A stretch of 64,000 bases of DNA from an uncultured delta proteobacterium. Its GTDB lineage: Bacteria > Desulfobacterota > Desulfobacteria > Desulfobacterales > JAFDCJ01. The notes under the pieces are model-generated. The model saw nothing but the letters and a program-made list of their open reading frames with translations. It was not told the DNA's origin and ran no database searches. The stretch covers positions 160,001-224,000 of the forward strand of contig CAVYNY010000016.1 of NCBI GenBank assembly GCA_963769935.1, in the 5' to 3' direction. Shown here piece by piece: positions 60,903 through 64,000 of this stretch (positions are counted from its first letter, which is position 1; every line of letters starts with the position of its first letter). The position numbers and the translations under genes are program-made.

Positions 60903-61064
60903 TGTGAATTCTTTGCATTTTATGCAAAAACTTTTTTCACCACGAAAGCACGAAAGGACGAAAACACGAAAAGAAGATAAGATAAATTTCGTGCTTTCAA
61001 TATTTCGTGCTTTCGTGATTAATTTGTCATTTTGGTTCTCCGCCTCTGGCGGATCCGGGTTAGG
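60903..61064. repeat. CACGAAA/TTTCGTG periodic palindromic element, copy 2
   Basis: See 4851-5000. Confidence 0.75.
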
Positions 61065-61103
61065 CTCTAAATCGCGTTAAATGAGGCGCGCTGGAAAGAA
61101 TAA

Positions 61104-62207
61104 TCAGGCAGCTCCCGTCCCTGTATCCGCGCCTCCTAAGCTTCGGGCAAACATAAACAGCATGCCCCTCATTTTGGGCGAATTTTCCTGGAACTGGATA
61201 CCCACCGCCAGCGTTTTTTTGCCGTTGAAGCTGATCTGGTGGCTCCAGACAATATTTCCCTGTACTTTGAGTTCCATCGTATCGCCCGGAAAGCTGATTT
61301 TTATTTGCTTAGTGCCGTTAAAACTCGCCAGAGAATTAAGAAGGTCGGGGACATGTTCACTGCTGCCGTTTAAAACCACACAGATTCCGCCGATCGATAT
61401 ATCACTGGAATAACCTTCGATGGCAATCGGACTTTTAAATGGCCCGGTGGGAGGTATTTCCAGAATCATTTTAATGGGAAACTGATAGCGGTCGGCCTGC
61501 CGCAGGTATTTGGGGTGGTCTTTGGCCTCGTCGCTTGATCGAACCTTAAACAAATACATAAGCGCCACCTCAATGTTGGGATAATGCCGGCAAAGCTTCA
61601 TCAGCTTCTGTCTGGATATTTTAACCAACTCAACCTGGGTAACCGCTTCAATGTCTGAGGTGCAGTTTTTATCCTTTTTAAAAGGGTAGACTTCGCCGAA
61701 AAAATTGTCATTGCTCAAATAGATATTGGACTTCCGGTGAACCTTTTCCTTGGTTTCCAGTGAAGGAAAAGCTGAATCCTTCAACGTGCCGGATACGATA
61801 AAATAAAGATCGGTTTCCTTGTCTCCGGCTTTTACAACTGCTTTTCCGGCGATTAAACGAACCCTGACAAATCCTGAGATAATCGCCAGCATTTCTCTGG
61901 GCGATAGTTTGTCAAAAAACAGCTTCAGCGGCGATTCATCAAATTTTTTATGCCCCAGAGCAGACAAAAACAGGTGGATTTCCTTATTGGGAGGGGGTTT
62001 TATGAGCCATTGCAATTTTTTTGAGACAAGTGCCTGCAGCATCTTGCCCGACTCCATAAAAAGCTGGGCGGCCTCGCCATAGGATTTTGCGGCGAGGTCG
62101 AGCAAATTTTGTTTGAAAAGCAGGTCGGCATATTTTTTCTTCAGCGCCGGGTTATTCGGGAACTGTTTGAGGATAGCTTCCAAAAGCCTCGATGGAATCG
62201 ATGCCAA
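61104..62207 (-). CDS. Cyclic-nucleotide-binding domain + PilZ domain protein
   Basis: GDKETDLYFIVSG, FFGE (cNMP); RQADR and DISIGG (PilZ); start uncertain. Confidence 0.8.
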   Translation of the reverse strand: MASIPSRLLEAILKQFPNNPALKKKYADLLFKQNLLDLAAKSYGEAAQLFMESGKMLQALVSKKLQWLIKPPPNKEIHLFLSALGHKKFDESPLKLFFDKLSPREMLAIISGFVRVRLIAGKAVVKAGDKETDLYFIVSGTLKDSAFPSLETKEKVHRKSNIYLSNDNFFGEVYPFKKDKNCTSDIEAVTQVELVKISRQKLMKLCRHYPNIEVALMYLFKVRSSDEAKDHPKYLRQADRYQFPIKMILEIPPTGPFKSPIAIEGYSSDISIGGICVVLNGSSEHVPDLLNSLASFNGTKQIKISFPGDTMELKVQGNIVWSHQISFNGKKTLAVGIQFQENSPKMRGMLFMFARSLGGADTGTGAA

Positions 62208-62808
62208 TGGACCCGTCGATGATGTGCTCCGGGATGCTTTTCGGATTCACTGATCCTTTTTTATTTTTTTGTGCCTGGGATTCAGACATACGGTGCCTCG
62301 CCGCCGGCCGTCGTCAGTTATTCGGCAGCCCGGCGTTATTTAAGGACAAGCGCCTTATTTTATTGCGCTTACCAATTTAATTAAGATGGAAAATCTGATA
62401 TGAAGTATCGGCCGTTTCAACGGATTACTTTAAGGGTAAAAACAAACCTACTGAATACTTGACAAATCCCGTTCGACTTATCTATGTTAAGAGACGCGCA
62501 AGAATTCAGACTGCATTGCCTTTCAACATCACACCCGAACAAACAGTAAGGTCATCTGATTCGTCTCGTGCTCGGATCACGGACAGCAGCTTTATCGGGC
62601 AGTCCCGCCGATAGGCGAAATGGGCTGCCCTGCATATCAGAGGACCGCGGCGGGCTGCCCTGCGCTGAGAAGAGTTTTTGGAGTAAAGACAACGCTTCCC
62701 GGCTGCCAATTTTCGATATGTTGTCGAGCCGACCGGCGTGCCGCCTTCGACTGCTGTTAAGGCGAATGCCGGATGAGACTTCCGACTATAGGTCCCGGAG
62801 ACCGGCAG

Positions 62809-63999
62809 ATGAAATGCCCAAACTGTCAGACCATGAACCCGGCCGGCGCCAAATATTGCGTTGAATGCGGCAAAGGCTTTGATATTCGCTGCCCCAAGTG
62901 CGGCACCATCACGCCGGCGGGCGGAAAATTCTGCATAAGCTGCGGCCATAGCCTGCAGCGACTGCCGGAGTCCGAATCCATCGACTACTCCCAGCCCCAG
63001 ACGTACACCCCAAAATTTCTGGCTGAAAAGATCCTGACCTCCAGAAGTTCCATCGAAGGCGAGCGCAAGCTGGTGACCGTATTTTTTGCCGACGTGGCCA
63101 ATTTTACGGCCCTATCGGAAAAGCTCGACCCCGAAGAAGTTCACCATCTGATGGATGGCACCTTCAAGATCCTGATGGAAAATATTCACCGGTTTGAAGG
63201 CAGCATCAACCAATTTACCGGTGACGGCGTCATGGCCCTTTTCGGTGCGCCGGTGGCTCACGAAGACCACGCCCAGCGCGCCTGCCATGCAGCCCTGGCC
63301 ATTCAGCGTGCGTTGAAAGATTACGGTGCTGATTTCAAGAAAACTTACGGCATCGATTTTGCCATGCGCATTGGCTTGAATTCGGGTCCGGTGGTCGTCG
63401 GCTCCATCGGCGATGATCTCAGAATGGATTATACGGCCATCGGCAACACCACCAATCTGGCATCGCGCATGGAGACCCTGGCAGAACCGGGGACCATTCT
63501 GGTTTCTACCAGCACCCATAGACTGACGAAAGACTTCTTCCAGTTTGAATCCATTGGAACCGTCAAAATCAAAGGATTGACGGACCCTCAGGAAGCGTAT
63601 CAGTTGATAAAGACCGGTGATGTGGGAACCCGTATCGCGGCGTCAGTGGCCAAAGGTCTGACACCTTTCGTCGGCCGTAAAAATTCCATGAGTGTGTTGC
63701 AGGGAGTCTATGCAAACCTCCAGGCCGGATTTGGACAGGTTGTCGGCATTGTCGGAGAGGCCGGGGTCGGTAAATCGCGCCTGTTGCTGGAATTTATAAA
63801 TTCGCTGGCCGAGGAAAAGTTTACTTATCTGGAAGGCCGCTGTCTGCACTATGGCAGTACAATGAGTTATCTGCCCGTCCTGGACATCATCAGATCCTAT
63901 TTCGAAATCAAAACCAACGACAGCGATTTCATCATCAAGACCAAGCTGGAGACAAGAATCGATAAGCTGAATTCAAACCTGAGGCCGTCGTTGGCTCCC
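62809..63999 (+). CDS. Double zinc ribbon + class III adenylate/guanylate cyclase + AAA (STAND) ATPase, 3' truncated by window
   Basis: Own translation: MKCPNC..CVECG..CPKC..CISCG, GERKLVTVFFADV, FTGDGVMALFGAP, RIGLNSG, NLASRME, GEAGVGKSRL. Confidence 0.9.
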   Translation, partial: MKCPNCQTMNPAGAKYCVECGKGFDIRCPKCGTITPAGGKFCISCGHSLQRLPESESIDYSQPQTYTPKFLAEKILTSRSSIEGERKLVTVFFADVANFTALSEKLDPEEVHHLMDGTFKILMENIHRFEGSINQFTGDGVMALFGAPVAHEDHAQRACHAALAIQRALKDYGADFKKTYGIDFAMRIGLNSGPVVVGSIGDDLRMDYTAIGNTTNLASRMETLAEPGTILVSTSTHRLTKDFFQFESIGTVKIKGLTDPQEAYQLIKTGDVGTRIAASVAKGLTPFVGRKNSMSVLQGVYANLQAGFGQVVGIVGEAGVGKSRLLLEFINSLAEEKFTYLEGRCLHYGSTMSYLPVLDIIRSYFEIKTNDSDFIIKTKLETRIDKLNSNLRPSLAP

Positions 64000-64000
64000 A

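Noticed and set aside
62500..62800. Possible riboswitch/sRNA in the long leader of the cyclase gene (GGCAG..CTGCC hairpins)
   Set aside because: No match that I can see to c-di-GMP or other known aptamer consensus; only generic GC hairpins.

Overview
Gene-dense chromosomal segment of an anaerobic deltaproteobacterium (Desulfobacterales-like, inferred from a class III cytochrome c3, DUF362/4Fe-4S cluster, PEP-CTERM protein and repeat-rich intergenic DNA). No rRNA, tRNA, CRISPR array or transposase was recognised. The most unusual locus is at the left end: a SAM-I (S-box) riboswitch with terminator controls an AT-rich minus-strand operon encoding a minimal type I PKS of odd order (AT-ACP-KS-ACP, non-malonyl-like AT motifs), a half-size cobalamin-independent methionine-synthase-like protein, and a third unknown gene that runs off the window. 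Other loci: a putative pantothenate/CoA salvage cluster (HAD, type II PanK-like, MBL hydrolase, Dpp/Opp ABC transporter, phosphoesterase) with a twice-repeated 48-bp leader motif; a TPP-riboswitch thiM-thiE-thiL-thiD operon sitting directly behind a MITE-like element with perfect 25-bp inverted ends; a WYL regulator with a DriD/PafBC-like operator-promoter in front of two small unknown ORFs; a two-component system divergent from VWA-PspA-membrane genes; a minor-pilin operon with a lectin/beta-propeller adhesin; and a dockerin-bearing secreted propeller next to a cohesin-like PEP-CTERM protein. Many intergenic regions carry dispersed palindromic or periodic repeats. Several genes are split by single-base frameshifts, most likely sequencing indels.
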